Positions 1-9,041 of a stretch of 64,000 bases of DNA are shown piece by piece. Under the pieces are notes generated by a model that was given only the letters and a program-made list of their open reading frames with translations, had not been told where the DNA came from and ran no database searches. The position numbers were made by a program, and so were the translations under genes. This DNA comes from a virus (lineage: Duplodnaviria > Heunggongvirae > Uroviricota > Caudoviricetes): IMG/VR virus record IMGVR_UViG_2595698888_000001, positions 64,001 to 128,000 of that record; one strand, written 5' to 3'. Numbering within the stretch: the first letter of the stretch is position 1; each line of letters begins with the position of its first letter.

Positions 1-1
1 A

Positions 2-655
2 GTTTGTAACATTGCAACCTTCCATATCAATTACAACAAAATACATAACTTTTATAACAAAATGCGTACTGGATTGGTGAACTATGAACCTAACGCGGGT
101 CATCATTTTATTGCTGAAATGCAGAAAAAATATGGCGATGAGCGGGTAATGCATATTACTGCGAATGTTGATGATCTAATTGAACGTGCTGGTGGTTCAG
201 CTATGCATGTTCATGGATTCCTTACTGAAGTCATTGAACCATACAGTACTAATTCGTCTGATTATGAAGTAAAAGATATTGGATATACTGAATTTACACC
301 AACACCTGGGGTACTTTCTAAACCAAATATTGTTATGTTCGGCGAAACCTTCTGGTTCACTGATGGTAAACGTAAACAGATTTACGATGACCTTTATAAA
401 GTACTAGATAGTGTTACTGCACGTGATACTTTTATTATCGTTGGTTCATCTGATACAGTTATTCCGTGGTCTGTATATGCTGGAGTTGCAACAGCCGCAC
501 CGGTTGTTAACATTAATCCAGAAGTTCATAAAAATGATGACCTATTTACATACAATCTGTATCGGCCTTTTACAGAAACACTCGACACTGTAGAAGAATT
601 TATCAGTCAACGTATGGATTATAAAGATTTGAGCAGTGAGACTAAGGATTTGTAA
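2..655 (+). CDS. Sir2/sirtuin-family NAD-dependent deacylase, 5'-truncated by the window edge
   Basis: Frame is open from position 2 (..FYNKMRTGLVNYEPNAGH). Sirtuin motifs PNAGH, HITANVDDLIERAG (TQNVD-like), HVHG, KPNIVMFGE, IVGSS. No Zn-binding CxxC pairs. Confidence 0.85.
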   Translation, partial: VCNIATFHINYNKIHNFYNKMRTGLVNYEPNAGHHFIAEMQKKYGDERVMHITANVDDLIERAGGSAMHVHGFLTEVIEPYSTNSSDYEVKDIGYTEFTPTPGVLSKPNIVMFGETFWFTDGKRKQIYDDLYKVLDSVTARDTFIIVGSSDTVIPWSVYAGVATAAPVVNINPEVHKNDDLFTYNLYRPFTETLDTVEEFISQRMDYKDLSSETKDL

Positions 656-1560
656 TGACTATGTACGAAGAAATTCCATTCGGAACACGTTCTGAACGAT
701 ATGATTGTGTGTTCGTGTGGATATATGCAAAAAACTGTACTCCATACGCAAACTATCCTTACAATGATATTCCAAATGTAAGTTTAGTACTGTCAGAATT
801 ACGTTTTGACGGATTAATGGGTGCAGTCGGTGGGATGGTAGAACATAATGATCCATGTTTAGAAATTGCCGTTCATCGGGAAGCAAAAGAAGAAATTGAT
901 TATGATTTACCAATTCAACGTTTAGAGCCGTTGGTAAGTTATAAAAATTGTGTATCTGGTTCACACAACCATGCATTTTCGTTGGAAGTATCTTACGAAG
1001 AACTTTTGGAGATTCGTAATAATGCTCATAACGGTGCACATTTTAGTGCTGAAAATGCTGGGGTGAACTTACTACATATCTGCCGTTACCTTAAAGGTAA
1101 CAAAGTAGAATGTGGTTGGAACACACTACTTGAACAACGTTTTATTGGTACGGCCAAAATGGAACTAACGAAACTTGTTCGTACTAAAAATCTGTTAATT
1201 GACTATGTTGATGACGGAAAGACTGATACTTCATACAAAATGTTTTTGGATGATTTACGTGATGTTAATCAGTACTATCCTAATGAAGAATTTGTTGTGT
1301 GCCGTACTTATCAGGAAGCTGTTGAGTATGTTAAACAACATGGAATTCCGGCATTTGTATCATTTGACCATGATTTAGGTGACACTGAAAATGAAAATGA
1401 AGAAACTGGATATACGTTCGCTAAGTTTTTAGTTGATTATATGATGGATAATCAGATTGCTACTGAATTTGAGTATCACGTTCATAGTGCAAATCCAGTT
1501 GGTGCAATGAACATCATTGCTTATTTGGATAACGCATTTAAATTTATTCGGAGTTTATAA
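655..1560 (+). CDS. NUDT16-like Nudix hydrolase fused to a cyclic-phosphate-processing receiver (cREC)-like domain
   Basis: N-terminal LRFDGLMGAVGGMVE...REAKEEI resembles NUDT16/X29. C-terminal FLDDLR..SFDHDLG..GY..HVHSANPVG matches the cREC receiver-like pattern. Confidence 0.7.
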   Translation: MTMYEEIPFGTRSERYDCVFVWIYAKNCTPYANYPYNDIPNVSLVLSELRFDGLMGAVGGMVEHNDPCLEIAVHREAKEEIDYDLPIQRLEPLVSYKNCVSGSHNHAFSLEVSYEELLEIRNNAHNGAHFSAENAGVNLLHICRYLKGNKVECGWNTLLEQRFIGTAKMELTKLVRTKNLLIDYVDDGKTDTSYKMFLDDLRDVNQYYPNEEFVVCRTYQEAVEYVKQHGIPAFVSFDHDLGDTENENEETGYTFAKFLVDYMMDNQIATEFEYHVHSANPVGAMNIIAYLDNAFKFIRSL

Positions 1561-1862
1561 TGAAAAGTTTTGTAATCTCAATTATTTTAGCATCAGCAGT
1601 AACTTTCGGAGTTAGTAAAATTATCGATGCTGCTAAAAGGACTGAGCATCAAAATGTTCATTATAATGTCGGACGAGTAGTGTCGTTAGGCCAATGCAAA
1701 GATGGAAGTTGTTCATATGGTTATACTGATATGAACAATGAATTGAAATATGCAAGTACTAGTAAACCAGTTAGTTTAGGCCAACTGGTTTACCAGGAAT
1801 GCTGGTATGAAGAAGCACAGGGAAATCAGTGCTACGTTGATTATACTCCCAGCAATAACTAA
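1560..1862 (+). CDS. hypothetical exported or membrane-anchored protein
   Basis: 100-aa ORF overlapping the upstream stop, hydrophobic N-terminus, four Cys. Confidence 0.7.
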   Translation: MKSFVISIILASAVTFGVSKIIDAAKRTEHQNVHYNVGRVVSLGQCKDGSCSYGYTDMNNELKYASTSKPVSLGQLVYQECWYEEAQGNQCYVDYTPSNN

Positions 1863-1926
1863 CAGTATTTCGGAACATTAAATACTGTTAGGAAAACAAA
1901 CGTGTTATACACACAGACAAAAAAGG

Positions 1927-3375
1927 ATGTTTATGAAAAAATATGTTCTTGACACAAACGTGATTCTTAGTGATCCTCATGCAGTCCTAGCATTTGAAGG
2001 AGCACATGTAATTCTTCCGTTTAAAGTACTAGAAGAATTAGATTCCATTAAGAGTCGCAAGGTTGACATTAGTAGAGATGCACGTGTTGCAATTCGCAAT
2101 ATCAGTACTATTCTCGAAGGTGCTACCCACGAAGAAATTTCCACCACTGGTGTTCAAATTTCGAAAACCCATCCACACATTAACGCTGAGACTCGTCTTT
2201 TTGTTCTAACAATTGAAGAACTAACTGCGATACATCATTTAGCAAATCCAGAACTTGGTGATGTTGAATCATTTGATCCTAAGCTAGTTACTCTAATGAA
2301 AAGTACTGTACCTGATGATGAGATTATTCTAGTTGCAAAACTATCTCAATCAGTACTAGTTACTCGTGATATTAATATGCGTATTAAAGCACTAGCATAT
2401 GGTGTTGAAGTACAAGATTATCGTCATGATGTGACCATTCAAGACTCTGATTTGATTCATACCGGAAACCATTCAATTGAGGGTGATTTTTGGGAACATG
2501 CAGGGGATACTGTATATTCGAATCAGGAAGGTCAAAAACTTATTCAAATGATTCCAGAAGAAGTCATTAAACCATTCTTACCAGAAAATCTATGCATCGG
2601 TGATTATATCTATGATGAAGCAGATGGTCTGTTTGTATTTGAAGGTTATGCTTCCGTTCTAGATTCAGATGATGATCGTGATTTCTTAGCATTCAGTGAT
2701 GTTGGACAAACCAAAGCACTATCACGCAAAGTATGGGATATTAAAGCCAAGAACATTCAACAAGCAATGGCAATTAACAGTATTATGGACAAAGATGTAC
2801 ATCTAACGATTCTTCTAGGTCCAGCAGGTACTGGTAAAACGCTAATTACCGTTGCATCTGCACTTGAATTAGTACTAGAGAAAAAGAAATATGATCGTAT
2901 TATTTTCTCTAAAACACAAGATTCTCAGTTCGAAGAAATCGGGTTCCTACCAGGTTCAGAACTAGAAAAAGTAATGCCATTCTGTGGTGCTGCTGTCGAT
3001 GCTCTAGAGTATCTACACAAAGATGATGCTAATCCACAAGGTTCTATTGAAGAAATTATGAAACGTAATGTCTTCCAGTTTAAAGCTTTGAACTTTGTTC
3101 GTGGTCGTAGCTTCATTAACACCATTTTGATTGTCGATGAGTTCCAGAACATTACTCCTGCACAAGCTAAAACAATTCTAACTCGTGCTGGCGAAAACTG
3201 TAAAGTAATCATTATGGGTAACTTATCTCAGATTGATAACAAGTTCATCAGTCCAACTAACAGTGGTTTGACTTATGTAACTGAGAAATTCAAAGATTGG
3301 GAAGGTTGCCGTATCATTGAACTAGAAGGTGTTCAACGCTCAGTACTTGCTGAATTCGCAGAACAAAATCTATAA
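1927..3375 (+). CDS. phoH: PIN-PhoH (PhoH2/YlaK-like) RNase-ATPase
   Basis: N-terminal PIN motif YVLDTNVILSDP, Walker A GPAGTGKT, RGRSF, IVDEFQN, GNLSQID. Confidence 0.92.
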   Translation: MFMKKYVLDTNVILSDPHAVLAFEGAHVILPFKVLEELDSIKSRKVDISRDARVAIRNISTILEGATHEEISTTGVQISKTHPHINAETRLFVLTIEELTAIHHLANPELGDVESFDPKLVTLMKSTVPDDEIILVAKLSQSVLVTRDINMRIKALAYGVEVQDYRHDVTIQDSDLIHTGNHSIEGDFWEHAGDTVYSNQEGQKLIQMIPEEVIKPFLPENLCIGDYIYDEADGLFVFEGYASVLDSDDDRDFLAFSDVGQTKALSRKVWDIKAKNIQQAMAINSIMDKDVHLTILLGPAGTGKTLITVASALELVLEKKKYDRIIFSKTQDSQFEEIGFLPGSELEKVMPFCGAAVDALEYLHKDDANPQGSIEEIMKRNVFQFKALNFVRGRSFINTILIVDEFQNITPAQAKTILTRAGENCKVIIMGNLSQIDNKFISPTNSGLTYVTEKFKDWEGCRIIELEGVQRSVLAEFAEQNL

Positions 3376-3385
3376 CAAACTTTTG

Positions 3386-3409
3386 GGGATACTTCGGTAT
3401 CCCTTTTTT
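3386..3409 (+). terminator. intrinsic terminator after PIN-PhoH
   Basis: GGGATAC-TTCG-GTATCCC with cUUCGg loop, followed by a T6 run. Confidence 0.9.
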
Positions 3410-3422
3410 AATTGGAAGAACT

Positions 3423-3605
3423 ATGAAATTATCTTTTTATGCTGAAGCTGACCCACAAGTAGGTGACGGTGACATTGTTTTTTATAAAGTGATTCAGGTA
3501 AGGAAGTACTGGTTTTTAACGTTCAAGACGCAAATCGATTATGGTACAGAAAATGAAATGAAGACCCTTGCTAATAATCTTAATTTAAATCTTGGAACAA
3601 AATAA
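3423..3605 (+). CDS. small hypothetical protein
   Basis: 60-aa ORF with GGAAG RBS upstream. Confidence 0.65.
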   Translation: MKLSFYAEADPQVGDGDIVFYKVIQVRKYWFLTFKTQIDYGTENEMKTLANNLNLNLGTK

Positions 3606-3621
3606 TTTTTTATGGTATAAT
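3592..3621 (+). promoter_or_regulatory. sigma70-type extended -10 promoter
   Basis: TTGGAAC-N13-ATGGTATAAT, the same layout as at 34711, 41814 and 48515. Confidence 0.65.
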
Positions 3622-3663
3622 ATACGTAATTAATCGACAAATTAGCCTCCATTTCCGGCCTTA

Positions 3664-3677
3664 TTGATTATAATCAA
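3664..3677. promoter_or_regulatory. perfect FNR consensus box
   Basis: TTGAT-TATA-ATCAA in an intergenic region. Matches the E. coli FNR consensus TTGAT-N4-ATCAA. Confidence 0.55.
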
Positions 3678-3737
3678 CATAAATAGTTACATAATAATAA
3701 AAATATTTTTGACTCCATGTTGTTTATTACATTCTTT

Positions 3738-3762
3738 AAGGCCACGCAATGTGGCCTTTTTT
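3738..3762 (+). terminator. intrinsic terminator
   Basis: AAGGCCAC-GCAAT-GTGGCCTT followed by a T run. Confidence 0.85.
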
Positions 3763-3775
3763 ATTGGAAAAATAA

Positions 3776-4474
3776 ATGACCGACAAAACTGCAAAAATAG
3801 AAGTGGTCAATAAAATTTTTGAATACTTTCAAGAATTAGGATTTCAAAACATAGTATTCTATGGCTCATACATAGAGCAAATGAACGGTTTTGACGTTGT
3901 TCCAAATGATATTGATGTATGTATCGTTATGGACGAAGAACCACCAGAGAAGCGTCATAAGACGTTCTATTTGGGGTTCACTGATTTGCCTATCAATGTT
4001 GAATTCATGCACCGCAAGTCGTTTGAAGCAGAATTAAAATCAATGCAACCAAAGTACTTCATGTATATAAGCAACCCTGCATTACACAAAGATATTGATT
4101 CTGCATTTCAAAGTAAAGAACTTCATGAAGTACGTTCATGTATAAGTTCAGTATCTTCAAAAGCCTTTGATAAAGGTAAGAAGAAACTTACGGTAGAGAA
4201 TGACTATGATGAAGTCCTTGGTCTGAAAAATATCTATCATGCATTTAAGTTTCTATATTATGCGAAATGGTATTACTACCCTGAAATGAATCCTCCAAAA
4301 GAAGCTGAACTTCAGTTCTTGAATGAAATTCATAAAAACATTTATGAAATATATCAAAATAGTACCGGAACACTTGATGAACGATGTAAAGTACTGTTAA
4401 ATTATGTAAAAGGTTTGTATAATACCCAAATGACAGGATTTCGAATTCTATTTCCAAAACAGGTGAACACATGA
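3776..4474 (+). CDS. Pol-beta superfamily nucleotidyltransferase
   Basis: FYGS...NDIDV (GS + DxD) signature at the N-terminus, helical C-terminal part. Confidence 0.65.
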   Translation: MTDKTAKIEVVNKIFEYFQELGFQNIVFYGSYIEQMNGFDVVPNDIDVCIVMDEEPPEKRHKTFYLGFTDLPINVEFMHRKSFEAELKSMQPKYFMYISNPALHKDIDSAFQSKELHEVRSCISSVSSKAFDKGKKKLTVENDYDEVLGLKNIYHAFKFLYYAKWYYYPEMNPPKEAELQFLNEIHKNIYEIYQNSTGTLDERCKVLLNYVKGLYNTQMTGFRILFPKQVNT

Positions 4475-4677
4475 CATTTTTTACAATATTAGGAATGGGT
4501 ATAGTGTTCCTGATTGGTCTTATCCTAATATGCTTTAGTTTGTTTGGATTATTTTTTACGAGTGCATTCTCAGGTAAAATAAGCTTGAGTGAATTTATAG
4601 TAGCATGTATTATCTTCTGTATTGGCGGATATGCATGGTACTTCGTGTTTTCACATGTTTCTATTGGATTAGGATAA
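4471..4677 (+). CDS. small membrane protein
   Basis: 68 aa, two hydrophobic segments, ATGA overlap with the upstream gene. Confidence 0.7.
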   Translation: MTFFTILGMGIVFLIGLILICFSLFGLFFTSAFSGKISLSEFIVACIIFCIGGYAWYFVFSHVSIGLG

Positions 4678-4683
4678 TAACTA

Positions 4684-4833
4684 ATGGAAGTACTATTCGA
4701 ATTACTGTTTGCACTAATTGAATGTCTTGTTGAAATGATGTGCATGGGTGCTAAAGGTCGCTGGATACTTTTTATTCTGTTGACTATTATTGCAGTTATT
4801 GGTTTTGGTGTATGGACTCTTTCTTATAAGTAA
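4684..4833 (+). CDS. small membrane protein (49 aa, not in the ORF track)
   Basis: Read by hand as MEVLFELLFALIECLVEMMCMGAKGRWILFILLTIIAVIGFGVWTLSYK*, AGGA upstream. Confidence 0.65.
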   Translation: MEVLFELLFALIECLVEMMCMGAKGRWILFILLTIIAVIGFGVWTLSYK

Positions 4834-4907
4834 GGATTGTAAATGAAAAAATTAACTAAAGGGCGTATGACTTTCTATTAAGGTACTTTAATTAATAGGA
4901 GGAACAT

Positions 4908-5450
4908 ATGTTCTTTGATCAAACTTTTAAAATCTTCTTCGATAACGGAACTGTTGTTGAAACCAATGACCTTCTTTCTTGGATTAAAACAAACTTTCCA
5001 GGTACGGTAGAAATTTTCTACTACCGTATGAAATGGGTTTGTAAGTACGAGAAAGACCCATTTTGGCAATACGGTTACTACAACAAAGTGGATACTAACT
5101 TTTGCGAAAATTTTTATTTGTATACTGGCAACAATGTAATGGTTTCACCTGAGTTGTTTAAAAACGAATACAAATCAAAAAATAATCGCGACTTTTGGGA
5201 TTACGTAGAAAAACGCAACCGCAAATGGTTATACCGTGCTTGGCGTAAAAGTCACACAGAAACTTACGACCGTAAAATGGAAACCATTGCTGAACGCCGT
5301 GCTGTTGCGGGTGTTGTAAAAGAAGAAGGTGAACCAGAATTTCGCGGGAAACGCCGTAACATTCCTAATCCGTGGGATGATATTATGGCACGTCGCAGTC
5401 TTTCATGGAAAGATTGCACAAAACGCAAACGTCAACACAAAGGGAGCTAA
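4908..5450 (+). CDS. conserved phage hypothetical protein with basic C-terminus
   Basis: Strong AGGAGG RBS. C-terminus RRNIPNPWDDI..SWKD..KRKRQ. Confidence 0.8.
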   Translation: MFFDQTFKIFFDNGTVVETNDLLSWIKTNFPGTVEIFYYRMKWVCKYEKDPFWQYGYYNKVDTNFCENFYLYTGNNVMVSPELFKNEYKSKNNRDFWDYVEKRNRKWLYRAWRKSHTETYDRKMETIAERRAVAGVVKEEGEPEFRGKRRNIPNPWDDIMARRSLSWKDCTKRKRQHKGS

Positions 5451-5461
5451 GCTCCCTTTTT
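5441..5461 (+). terminator. intrinsic terminator
   Basis: AGGGAGC-TAA-GCTCCCT followed by a T run. Confidence 0.8.
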
Positions 5462-5475
5462 AATTAGGTAATGTA

Positions 5476-6288
5476 ATGACAGATCATAATAATCTTGATT
5501 CAGATGAATTGCAATTAGCAAGAGAGCTATTATTTTTAATGAGCGAGATTGCTCCAACAATTACTGCATATGTTTTTAGCGATAAATGTATGTTCGGTTT
5601 TGGGAAATATTCAGAACGTGTAATTAACTGGCTTGCTACTTACAATTTCATTGTTTGTAATAACAGAACTCCGATAAATGATTCTGGTAATGCGTTCATT
5701 AACTATTACGTATTAACCGATATGGGAAAAGCATTTAACAAGATTGGAGTACTAAGTACAATCGATGTTGAAGAAAATAAAGAAAAGTTTTTCGAGCTTG
5801 GTAATGAAATTTATTCCATTTTGGAAGCTTATTACGCTGAAGAAACGAATATGTTAGCTCGTCTACTTACAGTAGAAGAACAAGACTCGTATTCTAATTA
5901 CTATCGGTTGATGACATACGAATCTATTAAGAACCGAGGCAAAAACAGTACTGATACCATTCGTGAAAACGGCTTAAAAAATATGTTTTCTCTATCAGTA
6001 CTACTAGGTGAGAAAGATGATAATGATCGCCGTACATATGATTATGTACTTAAAAAATGCGTAGAAGAACTTGGCGAACTGTCATTAGAAATTCAAATTG
6101 ATTCGGGTCTTTCATATAAAGAACCTGGTGCAGATGGCATTGAGGGTGAAGCAGTTGATCTTGCAATTTGTGCGATGGATATGTTTGCATTACAATATCC
6201 AGGATTATCACCTGAGCAAATCGAAGCTGAATTCTATAAAAAGATGAATGAAAAATTAGAGAAGTGGAAACGCACTATAGGGATGTAA
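5476..6288 (+). CDS. protein with C-terminal MazG-like NTP pyrophosphohydrolase domain
   Basis: KCVEELGELS...EGEAVDLAICAMD matches the MazG EExxE...ExxD pattern. Confidence 0.65.
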   Translation: MTDHNNLDSDELQLARELLFLMSEIAPTITAYVFSDKCMFGFGKYSERVINWLATYNFIVCNNRTPINDSGNAFINYYVLTDMGKAFNKIGVLSTIDVEENKEKFFELGNEIYSILEAYYAEETNMLARLLTVEEQDSYSNYYRLMTYESIKNRGKNSTDTIRENGLKNMFSLSVLLGEKDDNDRRTYDYVLKKCVEELGELSLEIQIDSGLSYKEPGADGIEGEAVDLAICAMDMFALQYPGLSPEQIEAEFYKKMNEKLEKWKRTIGM

Positions 6289-6305
6289 AATCGGGGTTTT
6301 TGGGG

Positions 6306-6311
6306 TAAATA
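6306..6311 (+). promoter_or_regulatory. T4-like late promoter core TAAATA
   Basis: TAAATA just upstream of the tailspike gene. The same hexamer recurs before other structural or late genes (16860, 35734, 51592, 53464, 56231, 57003). Confidence 0.65.
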
Positions 6312-6350
6312 TTTGTCTAGAACAAAATTTACTCTTAAAAAGGAATCCTT

Positions 6351-8372
6351 ATGAGTGATCTTTCAGTAGTCGCGGAACGCTATTTAATTTCCGAAAGTTC
6401 AGTATGTCATGCATCTGATGGTCAATTACTTGATGATATTAAAATAGTAGTTCACTCTGATGATAGTGAGTGGTATGTTCCAACTTTACCAAAGGGAACA
6501 TTATTAAAATCATTATCACTATCATCTAATGTTGATGGAACGTGTACTTGTAAATTGGTACATACGAATGGAAGTACTGATTTGGTTAGTGCTACGCACA
6601 TATCAAGTAATATCTCAGGTAATACTGCAATACGTCAACTACCAGCTAATGATTCAAGGCTAATACGGTTTTTAAGCTTTGAACAATATGGTGCTATTTC
6701 TGGTGGTACAGTTGAATGTTCTGCCGCAATAAATGCATGTTTAAATGATGCACGAAAATATAATCTCCCAATATGGAGTACTGGAAAATACTATATTAAT
6801 AATATAGTCGATTTTTCAAACGTCACTGCAAGTGGATTCACATTAGTTGGTGGGGCAAGTTCACCAAATTCATATTGTGTACTTGTAAATGGTTCTGCCA
6901 ATATTGATAATGTAAACTTTGAAAAAGTTTATCTTCAGCATACGAATGGTGATTTGAAGTTAACCAATTTTACATTTAAAAAAGTTGGAGCTACCGCAGC
7001 AGTACTTTCATTGAATTTAACAAGTGAAGGTTCCGTAACACTCCAATATGGAACATTTAGACAATGTAACTACGGTTATTTACGTCAAGGTGATCCATTG
7101 TGGGGAAGTGCATTACGATTCCAACACTTGAAAAATCTACAGTTCTTTGATATGAACGGAGATTGTATTGAATTAAATTTGGGCATTAAAGATAGAAATA
7201 CCGAAGTTTCTGATATCCTTGTTGACAACGTTAACCATACTGGTAAAAACCTTTTTTGGGGAATTGCACTAGGATTCGCAGGTAAAACTCCTTACGGTCT
7301 TGATGCTGACGATAGTTCATATATGTCAGATGTAAGTATTAAACGTGTCAAGGTGTATGGTGCTCGCCAATGTCTTCACTTCGAAAAATGTAGAAATATA
7401 TACCTAGAAGATATTGAAATGTATCCAGACAGTACTAAGAGTGTTAACTCTGGTATTGATCCTGCTGGAATTATTCTTTACGGTTCAAAAGATATATCAA
7501 TAAAGGACGTGAAAGGTAAACCTGATCAAGCTTCAATCAAAATGATTCACACGTCATGGGGCGTTACTGATGATGCATATATTTGTGCTGAACGTAATAT
7601 TCTTGTCCGAGACGTTGATGTTGATGGAAACATTGAGTTGAATATGAGCACTAATGATGTATATAACTCATATCTAAGAGTTTACAATGTTAGTTGTAAT
7701 GTATTTGCAATAACTGGACAAGCGTCAGAATTTCATGTTGAGAATGTAAGATGTTCTAATATACTTTTGGACTTCCAACCAGTAACTAATACCAGTAAAG
7801 ACCAACTCAGAAGACACAACCGTATTACTGCAACATTCAAAGATATTGTCAGTAAAGATGAAAATCAAGATTGTGTATGTAGCATTAAAAATATTGCGAT
7901 TGATGAATTAACAGTTCAGAACTGTAATTTTCCATTCTTTAAGCAAAGTACTTCTACCATTACACGTGGAACACCAATAACAAAACTCGACGGTATATAT
8001 CACTATGATAGTGAAGGATTCCCAAATGGATACCAGTTCAAGGTTGGTGACAGAATTATAGATAGTACTGGAAAAATGTATGTTGTCAAACAATCTGGTG
8101 CTGTTTTCAGTTCATATGAGAAGGTTCGTTCTGCTGTATGTGGTCAGAATTATCTAGTTTCATATAATATGAACTGGTTGTCAGCATATAAAACTGCTGG
8201 CACTCGTATTCGCATTCCTGGTGCTGGAGAGAATGGAACAGACTTAGTGTGTACTGTAGTAAGAAGTTCACATGTCAATAATGGGATGTATAGAATTATA
8301 TTATCCGACACAATTAAAACAGATATTCCAGATGGAACTCAAATACTTCCAGAGAATATATGTAAGTACTAA
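6351..8372 (+). CDS. WcaM-like beta-helix tailspike (probable colanic-acid depolymerase)
   Basis: GDCIELN..IKDRN...WGIALGFAG...RQCLHFE...GID.A.I..YG parallels the WcaM motif series GDAIEWN..WGIGIGLAG..RQLVHVE..GIDNA. Late promoter upstream. Confidence 0.78.
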   Translation: MSDLSVVAERYLISESSVCHASDGQLLDDIKIVVHSDDSEWYVPTLPKGTLLKSLSLSSNVDGTCTCKLVHTNGSTDLVSATHISSNISGNTAIRQLPANDSRLIRFLSFEQYGAISGGTVECSAAINACLNDARKYNLPIWSTGKYYINNIVDFSNVTASGFTLVGGASSPNSYCVLVNGSANIDNVNFEKVYLQHTNGDLKLTNFTFKKVGATAAVLSLNLTSEGSVTLQYGTFRQCNYGYLRQGDPLWGSALRFQHLKNLQFFDMNGDCIELNLGIKDRNTEVSDILVDNVNHTGKNLFWGIALGFAGKTPYGLDADDSSYMSDVSIKRVKVYGARQCLHFEKCRNIYLEDIEMYPDSTKSVNSGIDPAGIILYGSKDISIKDVKGKPDQASIKMIHTSWGVTDDAYICAERNILVRDVDVDGNIELNMSTNDVYNSYLRVYNVSCNVFAITGQASEFHVENVRCSNILLDFQPVTNTSKDQLRRHNRITATFKDIVSKDENQDCVCSIKNIAIDELTVQNCNFPFFKQSTSTITRGTPITKLDGIYHYDSEGFPNGYQFKVGDRIIDSTGKMYVVKQSGAVFSSYEKVRSAVCGQNYLVSYNMNWLSAYKTAGTRIRIPGAGENGTDLVCTVVRSSHVNNGMYRIILSDTIKTDIPDGTQILPENICKY

Positions 8373-8378
8373 CCAAAT

Positions 8379-8406
8379 AGGGAAAGATGAATGTCTTTCC
8401 CTTTTA
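8379..8406 (+). terminator. intrinsic terminator after tailspike
   Basis: AGGGAAAGA-TGAATG-TCTTTCCCT followed by TTT. Confidence 0.8.
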
Positions 8407-8426
8407 TTTTATAATAAGGTAATACG

Positions 8427-9041
8427 ATGACAGATCATGCAAAAACAAAAGCGTTAATGGACGTTCTTGCAGAAATGAATAAACAGGATTCGAAGTGGGG
8501 AGCAGACCGCGATCAGCATCCATTTTTGTGGCAGGTTATTTTAGGTGAGGAATTCGGCGAGGTTTGTCAAGCGATTCTTCATGATGAGTTCGGCGGCTCT
8601 CACGCTGGCACAGCACGAGAAGAATTAGTACAAGTTGCTGCTGTAGCCTTGCAATTCATTGAGCAGTATGATAGACTTAGTGGAATTCAGAAAAGCGAAA
8701 CAAAAAACAAATTAGTAATTTTAGAATCTCCATTTGCAGCTACCAATGGTTATACAGTACAAGAGAATATTGATTATGCACGTAAATGTGTACGCCATTC
8801 TCTTTCATTAGGCGAAGCACCTATTGCAAGTCACTTATTGTATACGCAGGATGGAATTCTTGATGACAATATCCCCGAAGAACGTCAATGGGGTATTGAT
8901 GCTGGTCTAGCATGGAAAGAAGTTGCACACGGTTCTGTTGTTTATACTGATCGAGGAATTAGTAAAGGAATGGAATACGGTATTGCGGCTGCAATTGCTG
9001 CTGGCCTTACTGTTGAATATAGAAGTATTGAGGAAAAATAA
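8427..9041 (+). CDS. MazG-like domain fused to a nucleoside-deoxyribosyltransferase-like (DUF4406/DUF7768-type) domain
   Basis: N-terminal LGEEFGEVCQA...REELVQVAAVA. C-terminal VILESPF...GEAPIASHLLY...GISKGMEYGI. Confidence 0.65.
   Translation: MTDHAKTKALMDVLAEMNKQDSKWGADRDQHPFLWQVILGEEFGEVCQAILHDEFGGSHAGTAREELVQVAAVALQFIEQYDRLSGIQKSETKNKLVILESPFAATNGYTVQENIDYARKCVRHSLSLGEAPIASHLLYTQDGILDDNIPEERQWGIDAGLAWKEVAHGSVVYTDRGISKGMEYGIAAAIAAGLTVEYRSIEEK

Noticed and set aside
1862-1926. Pho box upstream of phoH
   Set aside because: No CTGTCAT-type direct repeats. Only a hairpin and a TAAATA core are present.
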